Shown here piece by piece: positions 1-12,466 of a stretch of DNA of 64,000 nucleotides. This DNA is from Geosiphon pyriformis uo1. Its lineage: Eukaryota > Fungi > Glomeromycota. The stretch covers positions 243,156-307,155 of the forward strand of contig JAAOMT010000375.1 of the NCBI GenBank assembly GCA_016748015.1. Direction: 5' to 3'. The translations under genes and the position numbers were made by a program. Under the pieces are notes generated by a model. The model was not told the DNA's origin and ran no database searches. It saw only the letters and a program-made list of their open reading frames with translations. The first letter of the stretch is position 1. Each line of letters opens with the position of its first letter.

Positions 1-3000
1 TACTGGATGTTCTCTGCCATCTGGTTCTCTCTGAGATAATACTGCTCCCAATGCTTGGCCGGATCCATCAGCAGTAATGATGAATGGTTTGCTGTGATTT
101 GGATAAATTAGTACTGAAGCTTGAATGAGCTTTCTTTTCAAAATATCAAAAGCTTCTTGTTGACTTTCTGCCCATTCATATTTGGTATTCTTGGTTTGCA
201 GTTGGTTAAGTGGCTGCACTATTTTGGAAAAGTTCTTAATAAAACATCAATAGTAGCTGGCAAATCCCAAGAATGATTTCAGTTCTGTCATATTAGTCAG
301 TACTAGAAAGTTTTTTACTATCTCTATTTTCTCTGAATCTGTTTTGATGCCATCTTTGCTGACTATGTGTCCCAAGAATTTTAGCTCTGTCTTGCCAAAG
401 AAGCACTTTGTTGCATTTAACTTTAGTCCTGCTCTTCTTAGCCTTTCGAACACTTGTTGAAGATGATGAAGATGATCATCAAATGTTTTTGAGAATACAT
501 TGGTGTTATTCAAGTATACAACTACTGATTTCTACAATAAGCCAGTATAGACAATTTCCATTAGCCATTGGAAAGTGACTGGTGCATTGGTTAAACCAAA
601 TGTCATTACTTCAAATTCAAAATTCCTTTCTCTTGTAGTGAATGTTGTCTTCTCTTTGTTGGCTAAATTTATGGCTACTTGCCAGTAACCACTATCTAAG
701 TCTAACATTGAGAACCATTTGTTTTCGCCAAAAGCATTGAATAATTCCTGTATCTGTGAAGTTGGATAGCTGTCTCCATAAGTTACACCATTGAATTTTC
801 TGTAGTCTACACAAAATCAGATCTTTCCATTCTTCTTACAGACAAGTACTACTGGTGATGACCATGAGCTCATTAATGGCTGAATTAGCCTATTATCAAG
901 CATTCAGTTTATCTCTTGACAAATAATTTCATGGCTGGCTGGTGGCACTCTGTATGCCCTTTGTTTAATTGGCATTACATCTTTAGTCTTGATCTGATGC
1001 TGGATAATATTAGTTCAGCCAAACTCATTTTTGCTGGCAAAGATATTATTGAACTGGTTAAGCAACATCTTGAGTTGCATACATTGGAGTGGATCTAAGT
1101 TTTTCATGTTTATTTGTTTCAATTGTTCTAGTTGAAACAAATAACATTCACTTTGTCTGTATATTGTTTGTGATGTGATATTGACATATCCACAAAGTTG
1201 TGGAAAATCTGGAATGGGGTTTGGTGGTTGATTCTCCATTTCAGTGTTTAAGTATTCAATAATGGTTCTAGCTGGTATTTCTATGACATTTCCTGTATTG
1301 TTGTAGATGGGAATTTTGATGTGGCTGTAATCTTTGGCTGGTATGTGGAGATTGATGAGTCCAACTTCTCCTAATTCACAAAGACTGGCTTCTGCTTCAA
1401 AAATTTGTGCTTGGTCTTTTTCCTTCCTTTCTATTGTTAGCATATACTGGTTATATGGTGAAATGGAAATAGCTTGACTGGTTGAGATAATTTCTCTTTG
1501 GCCAACAATTTCTTCCTCTGCCATATTAACTGGTACATCTATTCTACCCATTGATCCAAATCCCTGTATTTCTCTCACTGTTATTCCTAATTCCTCCCTC
1601 TTTTCCACTAATACCAACTGAGCTACTCTAACCAGAGACAGGAATATTGCCTGTGCTATCTTTTTGTTGGGCTCTATTATATAAACTTTTTCTGAGTCAT
1701 TTTGTAGTATAGCAATAATATTTCCTACATATCCCGCATCAATTATTCCTCCTCTTATATTAATTCCTCTTTTTGTTAAACTATTTCTAGATGCTAATTG
1801 AACCATTGTTGTTGCCGGAATTTCTAGTGCTACTTTCAGATCAATGCAGGTACATGAATGTGGTTCTAATTTGATGACCTCTTTTTCTGAATACCTCAGA
1901 TCAAACCCTGCATCAGTATCATGTGCACGTTCTGGCATAATACCTTCTCCATTGTCACTATACCATTTTAATTCTTGTTTCTTGGAAAGATCTGGTAGTG
2001 TAATGTATTATTCATAGTTTAAATTGGAGTTTGAATCGTCTTTGTTGTTATTGCCATTTTAAACAGAACTGGAACCAGTGTTTTTGTCATCGTCATCGAA
2101 GTCTGGATCGTGATTGATCAGCAATTCTGATTCCAATGCACAGCTGCTGATTGGTTTTTCTTCTTCAAAGATTGTGTAGATCATGCATGATGGTAGATTG
2201 TAAATGAGATCACAATCATCACAATATTCAAAGTCACTGGAAATTAAACAATGGTGACACAGTCTTGTATTTAACTGTACTAGCCATTGTTCTTGCTCTT
2301 TTCTAGTGGGTGCCAAGTTTTGGTAGTGTTCATGGAACTCTTCTGGTTCCAGAAAATTTATGACTGGCTCTACATCTCAGTCAAGCTTGATGGATTCTGG
2401 TGGATTGTTTTTAATTGTCCTGATTTCTTCTGGCAACACGCCTTCAATTTTGGCAATTGCCATCCACCATAATTCATTGTTATTGTGTGGACAACTGTCC
2501 AATTGCTATACAGCTTTTCTTCAGGCAGCTTTTATGGGTGTTCTTTTCTCGACCCAGTTACTGATAAGGATCGTGTATTGGCAGAATACATCATATGTTC
2601 CTCCTCTCCCCAGAATGTCATTCCATATTCCTTCGTCAAGAAAAGTTTCTCCACAGGCTATACATGGTGTATTATCCCATTTTCCCACTTATTTTGGTTT
2701 TCCAAAACGTTCGACATGGCATGAGCAGCAATAGAACTTGGTTGCCATCTGATATTTTTTATTGTCACCACAGCATGCACCCATTGATGACAATTTCTTA
2801 CCACAATCAATGCATATCAGTTTGGGTTGGCGATAGGTCGATGATTGTTGTTGACTATAGGTGTATGAAATATAAGTGTTGTTGGCTTGAGTGTTTTCTT
2901 TTTCCCTCTCTTTCCCTTTTTCTTTTTCTTCTTTCCATTCTTAACTCAATGGTTCTTCTTGTTCATTGTCAGTTCAGGTCAAATTGTCTGTTTTCCAGAT

Positions 3001-5901
3001 CAGTTCCTCTTTTTGCTTTTCCTTAGGGTTGTCATTTCATGAGAGTATCAATGGTAGTTTGTTGTGGTTGGCATCAGCCCAGGAGACTTGATAAGCTTCC
3101 CAGGTAGGTTTCTCTTTCTCCTCCTCCAGTTCAATCAATAGTTTCTCTTTTGGAGGAGTCTTGAAATGGCCACACGTGGCTGGTACACGTATGTGTCAGT
3201 CCTGATATGTTAGCTGGAGTTTCTGGGTGTTCCAGTCTAATGTCACATTGACTTTGGATAGCCAGTCATTACCAACAAGAGCTTGGTATTGAGTGGCTTC
3301 CATCACTAGAACTTTAATGGGAGTCATAATGCTATTGACTTTGAAAGAGAAGTCGTCAATTTTGCCAATTGGAGTTTTGGTTGCTCCATTGGCTGTGATG
3401 ATTCTGGTGCTGACAGCTTGATTAACTTGGTGACCTAATTGATCCATGAATTGTCATGTAATGATGCTGTCTGCTGAACCACTGTCAAGAATCAATTTGA
3501 TGAATTGTCCCTCGACTTTGACATCAGTGTACATCACAGTGATTGGTTTGGCTTCAAGAGCAGCTTCACTAAATAATGACGTTGTAGTTGTTTTCTCAAA
3601 TTCAAATGGGAATATAGCAGCCAAAGACTTGTCTTCGGTGATGGTAGCAGATGGGATATTACTGGTGAGTGGTTGTTTTTGGGTGAATGCCGAGTTATTG
3701 GTTGAGGTGTCTTCTGAGGTGACCAGGAGACTTAAATAGTTCTGGGAATTCAGGTTCTGGGGTTGACCAGCACCTGAATTCTACTGGTGTAATCCAGATG
3801 GTTGCTGTGAAGAACTGGGGATTGGTTGATGGACTACTATCACTGATCTCCAGCTCTGTTGAGTTATTTTCAGTCTTTGAGTTCCATTGGGTGCTAAGCT
3901 TTGGGGTGGTGTTTGGATTTGTTGGGGTTGATAAATTATTTGTGGCTGTGGTTGTTGATAAATTACTTGTGGCTGTGGTTGATAGATTGGAGCTTGATAC
4001 ACCAGAGATTGATAGACTAATGACTGTATCACTGGTAGGTAAGTGGGTTGGTTTTGATTTGGGTACTGATTTGGAGTTTGAAACCAGCAATTGGGGTTTC
4101 GATATTGATTTCCCAATTGTTGGTTATTTAAACACTGGCAACAGTCAATTTGAATATGTCCTTGTTTACCACAATAGTAGCAGATACACGTTTTCTGTTG
4201 CCACTGTTAATTGGTTGATGAAGATGGACATGGTTGATTTTGGGCACAATTAGAGTTTCCTTGATTATTGCGTCATTGTGGAGACTGATAAATGGCGTGA
4301 TTGTCAGCTAAATATCCTTCCAATCTCTTATTAATTGATTCACTGAACTTCTCCAATTTGGAATCCACTTCAGATGATCTGTTTATTACTAGATTAATGG
4401 CTTGGGCATGGTTAGCCTTTGATTTAGTGGATTCAAAATCTCTGGTGCATGTGACTGTGTCTTGAAGAGTGCCTGGATGCAATGGACGTACATGTTGCAA
4501 GATGCTACTGCGCAGGCCACAGATAAACTGGTTGAGTATCTGTGGGGCTGTGAAATAGTTGGCATCAATTGCTTGAATTTGGTGCAGGTTTCGATGGAAG
4601 TGTCCCAGGTAAGTGGTGACCACTTCAGTTTCTCTTTGTTTCATGGTGGTAAATGTATTGACTAGGCAATTAATGCTGTTATTGTTGCTGAAGTATCTTA
4701 AAAATTCTATTTTAAAGGCATTGAAATCTTGTGGTTTATTAACCAAGCTCTGATACCATGAATTGGTGGTATTCTTGAGAAAGTAGGGAATGACTTGTAT
4801 TGCTCAGGTGTCATTCCATCCATTGGCTGCGATGGCCTTTTCTACATCATTCAGTCATACTTGAGTGTCATCCTCTTCACCAGTAAAGTTGTCAAGTTTT
4901 GCAATTGGTGCGTAGGCCATTGGATCTAAGTTAGGTGGTTGTGGTGGCTGTTGAAGCAGTTGTTGTTGTACTGGTTATTGGGGTGGTAGTTGAAGTGGCT
5001 GTTATATAAGTTTGGCTATGGGATTAATCAGCAGTTGATCGATGATGATTACCAGAGGTAAGTTTTGCTAATTAATTAATTCGGAGTTTGGATTGTTCTG
5101 TCTTTGATGATTTGGAGTTTCAATTTCCGAATTTTCTAGATTTAGATTTTGCTGAGTTTGAAAATTCAGGGTTTCAATTTCTGGGTTTTCAGTAATCGGG
5201 TGCTGGTAAGTGAATTCTTGATCCTCTGATTCTTCTTCCTCTTTTTCTGATTCTGCTGCTTCCCACGGATCAGAGATTCCAAAATCTGGTGGAGGTGATG
5301 GTGATCAAAGTCCTGATGGGGTTGATGATCGTGAATTAAATCCCTCAAAGTATTCACTATATGGTCTTAATAATTCTGTTTTCCTTTGTCTACTTTGAAA
5401 TGGGAATTGTCCAAATGCTGATGTTGCAGTTGATGGGAATGCATCTGTTGATGATATGTTGATGGTGCTTCCAGGTGTATAGTAGTAGAATAAATTGCTT
5501 GGGAATTCAATTCTGTTTTTCTTCCAAGTAGGTGGCTGTATTTTTCTGGGTGTTACTGCTGGTGTTTGTAGTTTTCCCTTGCCTTTACTAGCATATGTAA
5601 TTGGATATTTTTGTTGAGTGTGGTGTTCAATTTCTTTGTTGATTTCAGTAATGATGGATGCAAAATTATAATTTGTTGGCAGGTTGGTGTTTTGAATTAA
5701 CTCCTTATAGAAAGTTTCTCTTGCTAATTCAGTATTCACTAGTGTTCCTAATAAAGAGAAAATCTTTTCATTGATGTAGAAATTGAAGACTAATTCGGCG
5801 AATATATGATTGTGGTTTAATTCCAAGTATTGACAATAGTGTTGAAATAAGAATTTTGCGAATTCTAAATGGTTTGCTCCTATATTTTCTGATTCTGCCA
5901 C
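1..5901 (-). pseudogene. Element A ORF1 polyprotein (N-terminal extension, Gag, aspartic protease, Cys-rich domain, dUTPase, RT, start of RNase H), broken by nonsense changes only
   Basis: Gag MAYAPIAKLDNFTGEEDD, protease IKLILDSGSADS, dUTPase ERAHDTDAGFDLRY / LASRNSL / GIIDAGYVG / IAQAIF / QGFGSMG, RT KCFFGKTELKFLGHIVS...SFLGFASYY. Confidence 0.93.
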
Positions 5902-5944
5902 TTTTGGATGGTGTTTGTTAGTGCTGGTTCTCTGTAGGATTATA

Positions 5945-5961
5945 CCTCACAGGAAGCACCA
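5945..5961 (-). promoter_or_regulatory. Primer-binding site of element A
   Basis: TGGTGCTTCCTGTGAGG begins 2 nt after the LTR end; TGG pairs with tRNA CCA. Near-identical in E (24555-24571), decayed in C, D, H. Primer tRNA not identifiable by eye because TG may be decayed CG. Confidence 0.8.
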
Positions 5962-5963
5962 AA

Positions 5964-6860
5964 TGTTACAGGTAATTATTTCTGCTGTTGAATTAAATAA
6001 CAAACCCATAACTTGGTGCTCAAAAGCTACTTCTGTTAATGATGTTCTGCAAGTATTATATCTGAAGGTTTTGATGAAGTCTTTTGTATAACAAACAGAG
6101 ATTCAATAGTGTTGATAGTAGATATATCCTTCCAAGAGTTTTCCCAATTTCTTTCTCAGCGTGGTGGCCAGATTTAGTCTGGCAGTTATGCTCTTCTGGT
6201 AAGCTATCCAATAATATATAAAATCCTACCCTTATTTCTGGGTCTTTTACTAGGCTATTCTTGACATCAATAACTCAGTGCTTAATCTTTTACTCAATTA
6301 GTATACAACAACAAAAAATCAAAAAAGAAAGAAAATAAAATAAAGAAAATAAAAATAAAGAAAATAAAAATAAAGAAAATAGAGAAATTAAACCAAGGCA
6401 ATTTGGTATGTTAGTATCTCATCAATAGCCATAATCAAGAGCTATTGTTCCAGTGTGGTTAAGTATCAATTACTATCAACACTTCATGTTGATAGTAGAG
6501 AGTAGATTGAGATATAAAATAATTATTTATTTGATAATTGGGAATTAGAAGGTTGCTTAGATTAAATCTAAACTGAGAGATCTGTCTTTTCTGCTTCTAA
6601 TCCTGCTGCTATATATACATAATTGAGATTCCTCAATTCTTCGATTCTTTATGACAAGAATCCTGGAATTCTTGGAATCCTGCAATTCCTTTGAAAAGAA
6701 TTCTGGAATTCTGGAATCCTGTGATTCTTCGTCGAGGAATCCTGAAATTCCTGGAATCTTGCAATTCTTGAGAGAAATTCTGGAATTCCACATTTACTAT
6801 GCCTACTTTTAATTGGCTACTACTCATGCTAATATATTTCCTATATTTCTATGAGTAACA
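5964..6860 (-). repeat. 5' LTR of element A
   Basis: Terminal inverted hexamers, CCAAT box, GAATTC/GGAATCC tandem array 6625-6790, TATATATA at ~6610-6617; homologous to LTRs at 15279, 24574, 42526. Confidence 0.9.
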
Positions 6861-9800
6861 GTGATAAACCTTTGTATTCTCCTAATGATAAATGCAAGTC
6901 TTGCCTAATCTATTACAAAGATTGGAAGCCTATTAGTTTAATATTCAGAGAAAAACTAAAAAAAGTACAGAAGTCTTTTAAGAATAAACCATCTGAAATC
7001 TAATTACTAGTTGTAGAACAAAGAAAATCTTTCCTTAAAGAAAGAAAAGTGGACATTGAATATCTGTTGGCTAGGAATAGCCCAGTTATCTCAAAAGAAG
7101 ATAATACCTCTAGATGAACCCATGTAATACAACACATCATTACCATAAAAGAAATTTGTTCTATCCATTTGAAGCCTTATCAATCTAATCAACACAATAA
7201 TGAGTTTATCAAGAAAGAAATAAACTGGATAAAAGATCTTGGATTCATACAAAAAACCAAAAATAAATGAGCTTTTCCAGTTGTAGTAATATTCAAAAAA
7301 GGTGGAACTCTATGCTTCTGTGTTAACTATTGTCAATTAAATGCCATCACTATAAGAGACATGTACTTACTCCTCAAAATTAATGCAATGCTAGATAAAT
7401 TCAATGGTGCTGCTTTCTTCTCAACCATTGACTTAACTGCTGAATTTTGGCAAGTAAAAATGGATCCAGAAAGCAGAAAAAAAACTGTTTTCATTACAAA
7501 GTATGGCACCTATGAATTCACAGTCATGCTTTTTGGTCTCACCAATGCCCTTCCCACTTTTCAATGCCTAATGGACAAAGTATTTGAATCAGTAAAAGAA
7601 AACTTTGTTCTGGTCTACTTAGATAACATAATGGTCTATTCAAAAACCTGAGATAAACATCTTGAACATTTACAGAAGGTTTTTGACCTGCTTAGAAATG
7701 CTAGTCTTAAGATCAACCCAATCAAATCTTTTTTTGGACACCAATCTACCCAATTCCTTAGTCATTTTATTACAAAAGATGGGAATCTTTCCTGACCCAG
7801 CTAAAGTTAAAAAAGTTCAAAACATTAGACAACCAATGAATGTTCCTGAACTATGTTCTTTCCTTGGTTTGGTCTTTTACTATTACAAATTTATTAAAGA
7901 TTTCTCCAAAATCGTCTTTTCTTTTGATTAGCTACTCAGAAAAAATGTTAATTATTACTGGGGCACTCATCAACAAAAAGCTTTTGAAATTCTGAAGGAA
8001 AAACTTGTTACTAAACCAATTCTCAAGCAATCTGATCTGAATTAACTTTTTATCTTCCATACTAATACATCTGACTATAGACTTGGTGCTGTCCTTTTAC
8101 AAAAAAATAAAAATGACAGAAAACATGCCATAATATATGCCAGTAAATTTCTCACACCAATAGAAAAGAACTATTTAGTTACTGAACAAGAATATTTAGT
8201 AGTAGTTTGGGCTACTAGTTACTGGGATCAATATCTTTTTGATACAAAATTCTTAGTGATAACAGATCATCAAGCTTTGGTTTGGCTGTACAATAAAAAG
8301 AAGCTGGAACACAAATGAATAACTTACTAGATACTCCACTTGGATGAATTTGACTATGATATTTAATACCACAAAAGAGCAAATCATCAAAATGTTGATG
8401 CTCTCTTTAGACTTATCATCCAGTAATAGTACAATCTCTTAAACCAAACCAACTTAATTATTAGTAACTCCTTCATAAACAAACATGATAATGGACTTGA
8501 ACAACTACTCTGCCTTAATAGAATTTTTGGGTAAAGAACAATACCCACCAGAATACACTTGACAGCAAAGAGAACATTTGCGCAAACAATCAAATTTCTA
8601 TTTGATCCACCAGAACCAATTATATAAAAGAAACAAAAAAGATTCTAATTGTCACCAAAAAGTTATTAGATTTGAAAAAAGAAAAATTGTAATATACAAC
8701 ATGTACATTAACTCATTAATTAGACACTTTTGAAAAACAAAAACAATTCAGAAAACTTTAACTTGTTATTATTGGTCTATCTTGAGAAAAGACATTGCTA
8801 AATACATCAAAACCTGTGACATCTGCCAAAAAAAAGGTAAACCCAATCACAAAGAAGATATCCATCCAATATTTGTTGGTCAACCATTTAACAGAATTGG
8901 TATAGATGTTGTTGGATCTTTAATAATAACTTCTGATGGCAACAAATACATTATCACAGCTACTAACTATCTTACAAAGTAGGTAGAAGCAAGAGCCACT
9001 CTAGACCAAACAGCAGTCTCAATAACCAATTTCATTTATGAAGATATTATTTGCCATTATGGCTGCTTTAAAAAACTCTTATCTGATAAAAGAAGAGCTT
9101 TTTTCAGTACACTGGTTAAAGAACTTTGTAGAAAAATAAGAATACATCATAAACTTTTCTCCCTTTATCACCCCCAAACAAATGGTCTAGTAGATCATTT
9201 TAATAGAACACTATGTGAAACCCTAGCCAAAACCAGTAAAGAAACAAACTTATAAGACAAAGTACTGCCTTCAGCTTTGTTTGCTTATAGAACTGTAAAT
9301 CATGATATAACAAGTTATGAATCTTTTTATCTGCTCTATAGATGCATAGCAATACTACCAATAGAAACTAATATTAAGACAATGCCCTTTGAAGAAATCA
9401 CAATAGAAAATTACAAAGATATTTTGCAAAAAAAACTTGGTACTATTTTTAACTCCTTAGTAGAAACACAAATAATTGCTTTTGAAAAGATAAAACAGTT
9501 CCAAGAAAAGCTTAAGAAAAAAAAAACTTATAAAACACTTTCTTTAAGTGTTGGTAACTTGGTACTAGAATACTGTTTAGACAGAGACAATGTCAATATG
9601 ATAAATTCTCTAACCGATGGAAAAGACTCTTTTTAGTCAACAAAGTTTTGAACAATGGTTCTTATATTTTTCAAGATCAATCCAAAACAATTTTCAATAA
9701 TTGTCTTGTTCATGGTACACGACTTAAAAAATATTATAAATGACCTGATTGGTTGCCTGTTGTAGTAATACTAATTCAAATAATCAACAAAAATTGAGTA

Positions 9801-10996
9801 TAAATAAATACACTATTTCCAAAACTGAGGTATTTTCAATCAACATAAACAATTATTTTCTGGATTAAAACATTTAAAACACTTTTTATACTCTTCATGA
9901 GTATTGAATCAAAAACTATCCAAATGCTACTCTGACTATTGGAAAACAAACCACCATAACTGATAACAATAGAACACATACTGTTATTAGACCAAAAAAA
10001 ACTACTATCAGAAAAGAAAAAATTGGTAGCAAAATGAATAAATATCTGTTGGAAAGTATAACAGCAGTTATACTTCTATCTTCTAGTACAATTGAAAAAA
10101 CACTCCAAGAAATTTTATCTATAGACAAAAACTTGTCATATAGAAGACAATTAGAGCTCTATGGTCGTCTTGGTGAAATTATAGAGGATATGAAACTCAT
10201 AAAGAAAACAACTTCAGAGATACAGACAGAAATTTTGGGCATTATATGGTTAGATGTTTCAAGAGTTTTAACTATTGCTAAAAAAGTCAAAACTCTAATA
10301 CAAAGATTTGGTCTCTTGGATACAAAACTTATTTTGCCTTAAGTGTTATATATCCTATCCACAAAAAACTTCAACAAACTAGTTAGCTTTGAGTTAGATA
10401 AAACCCTTCAAATAGATTACACTATAAATAGCTTGATTTTGCCAGAGCTCAATCTCTTTGGAAAAGATAATGTTATGATTAAAACTTATACTTCTTATTA
10501 ATTATCACATGTATTAACCACTGATGTCATATAAATTAGCCACTCTATTTTTAGAAAGTAATCATTGACTTGATTATTGACCACTTTTGATAACTATATA
10601 AGCAATGAATCTCTTAGTTGTAAAAAAGTATGTCAGAAATCAAAGAAAAAAAGAAATAAAATAACAATTTTCATTTTAATCATTCTCTTATTACTAATTT
10701 CTTTTTTCTTATCTTCAAGTATCCAAACATCTTAGAATAAAAAATTACTTGTTGGTTATTCTTTACACTTTTTCTGAAATGTGTAATTGCAGCATTTGAA
10801 GATTATTAAATAAAATGTGACTGAAGAGTACATCTGATACCTGATATTGAATTCTAAGAGCACCAATATGAGACATAGAATTATACCAGTATGTGATCAT
10901 TTGTTGACAGTACAGATTATTCTTTTACCTTCAGATTTCTGGTTATCTTTAGAAAAGTACAGCAACTAAGATATTTTATAAAACTGATCTTACACA
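6861..10996 (+). mobile_element. Degenerate Ty3/Gypsy element B (3' half: RT-RNase H, integrase, ORF3, PPT, 3' LTR ~10471-10996); interrupted by A, inserted in C
   Basis: RT FSTIDLTAEFWQV...YEFTVMLFGLTNA...VYLDNI; RNase H ends NVDALFRLIIQ* at 8426; integrase CDICQK...GIDVVG...SPYHPQTNGLV; GAGCTCAAT-purine tract then TGTTATG at 10471. The right LTR end is approximate. Confidence 0.85.
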
Positions 10997-12466
10997 TTGA
11001 ATCCATACTCATTCAATTGATTCTTTAAAGTTGAATTCCTTTTGATTTCTTTCATTATTCTACAATCTTGTTTTTCTTTGCTATCTGTTAGCTTGTTACT
11101 TTAATCTGTAACATTATATTTGATGATGCTTTTAGGTGTATAATAATATAATAAATTAGCAAATAAATCAACTTTTTGTTTCTTTCAAGTGGGTAATTGT
11201 ATTTGCTTTGAGATTCCTGCTGGTATTTGCAATCTTTCTTTTCCTTTGTCAGCAAAAGTGATAAAAAATCTTTGTTTAGTGTATTTTTCAATTTTTCTGT
11301 TTATTTTTGTGATTATTGATGCAAATAGATAATTCTGTGACAGTGTGATGTTTTGAAGTAATTCACCAAAAAAATTGTTAAAAGCAGATTCTGAATCTTC
11401 TTGGCCTTTCAAGTAATATATAATTTTTTTGTTGATATAGCAATTAAAAGCTAATTCTGCTGGCCAATTATTACTTGTCAGTTTAAGATTAAAGTAATAG
11501 TATTAAAATAAAAATTTTGCAAATCCCAAGTGATTGGTTTCTGTTACTTCTGATTCTGTTACTGTTATGGATGGTATTGTTAATGTTAGTTTTTTGTTGG
11601 ATTATATTTTACAGAGATTACCAAATATTACAGGTGATTATTTGGGGTCTCAAAACAAATAACAAATCTGTAACTTGGTGCTTAATAGTTGATGCAATTG
11701 ATATTATCTAAAAGTTTTGGTATTTGAAAGTTTTGGTGGAGTCTTTTATATAATGGACAAAAATTCAATGGTTGTTTTATCTGTAGCTTTCTGGAATTGC
11801 AATTCTGTCTAATTTTTTTTTTTAGTGTGGTGGCCAGTTTATTCTGGCAGTTGTGTTTTTTTAATAAGTTATTCTTAATTTCCAAGTTCTTTACCCTTGT
11901 TTTATAGTTCTTTTACCAGACTATTCTTGACATCAATAACTTAATACTTAATCTTTTTAATTAGTTAGTAAGTCAACACAACAAAAAAAAAAAAAACTAA
12001 AAAAAAAAAAAAAATAAGTCAATGCAAGTAAGTTAGTATTCTGTTAATAACCATGATCAAGAGCTATTGTTTTAGTGTGATTAAAAATTAGATCTTATTA
12101 ACATGTAATGTTAATAGTAGAAAGAGTAATTTAGATGGTAATAGTTATTTTATTAATATTAATAATTTTATTCTGGGAAATTTGTCTTTTTTACTTTTAA
12201 TGCTTTTGCTATATATATATAATTTGGGTATTATAAAATTGCTCACATTTCCAAGCAATGTGCTATAATTTTTTAAACAATATTCACATTGCTAAGCAAT
12301 GTGTTCTAATTTTCTAACATTGCTTTATATTGCTAAACAATGTGCCATAATTTTCTAACAATGCTTCACATTGCTAAGCAATGTACTTATGTGTTAACTA
12401 CTATTCTCCTATTGGTTTATCTGTTTTTTCTACTATTTTTCTTGTATACTTTTTTTATAAGTAATA
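10997..12466 (-). mobile_element. Element C remnant: 5' LTR 11626-12466, decayed PBS, start of ORF1
   Basis: LTR R/U5 homologous to A/E; ORF fragment FASIITKINRKIEKYTKQRF..DKGKERLQ matches A's FASIITEINKEIEHHTQQKY..SKGKGKLQ; right end abuts D's ORF3 mid-motif. Confidence 0.8.
12244..12385. repeat. ~41-bp tandem repeat (about 4 units) with near-palindromic core CACATTGCTAAGCAATGTG in the U3 of LTR C
   Basis: Cores visible at ~12244, 12285, 12326 and 12367. Confidence 0.85.

Larger units (their letters stand above)
1..6860 (-). mobile_element. Ty3/Gypsy LTR retrotransposon A (5' part; runs off the left edge of the window)
   Basis: LTR 5964-6860 with TGTTAC...GTAACA ends, PBS next to it, then gag-protease-dUTPase-RT fragments all in one minus-strand frame (ORF-track starts 5901, 4746, 4116, 3447, 2316, 1938, 513 are all 0 mod 3). 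Confidence 0.95.

Noticed and set aside
3695-4090. Overlapping Ser/Thr-rich ORF open in both A and E (22282-22689)
   Set aside because: It is the shifted frame of CAA/CCA-rich Gag repeats, which lacks stops by composition; the similarity follows from DNA homology.
5964-6270. Possible start of ORF1 inside the LTR U5 (ATGs at 6267 and ~6009 in frame in A)
   Set aside because: The frame is not preserved in E's LTR, one TAA is shared between families, and the nearer ATG is ACG in E; not supportable without a consensus.
12244-12385. Palindromic repeats with spacers resembling a CRISPR array
   Set aside because: Spacers are copies of each other, the context is a eukaryotic LTR U3, and there are no cas genes.
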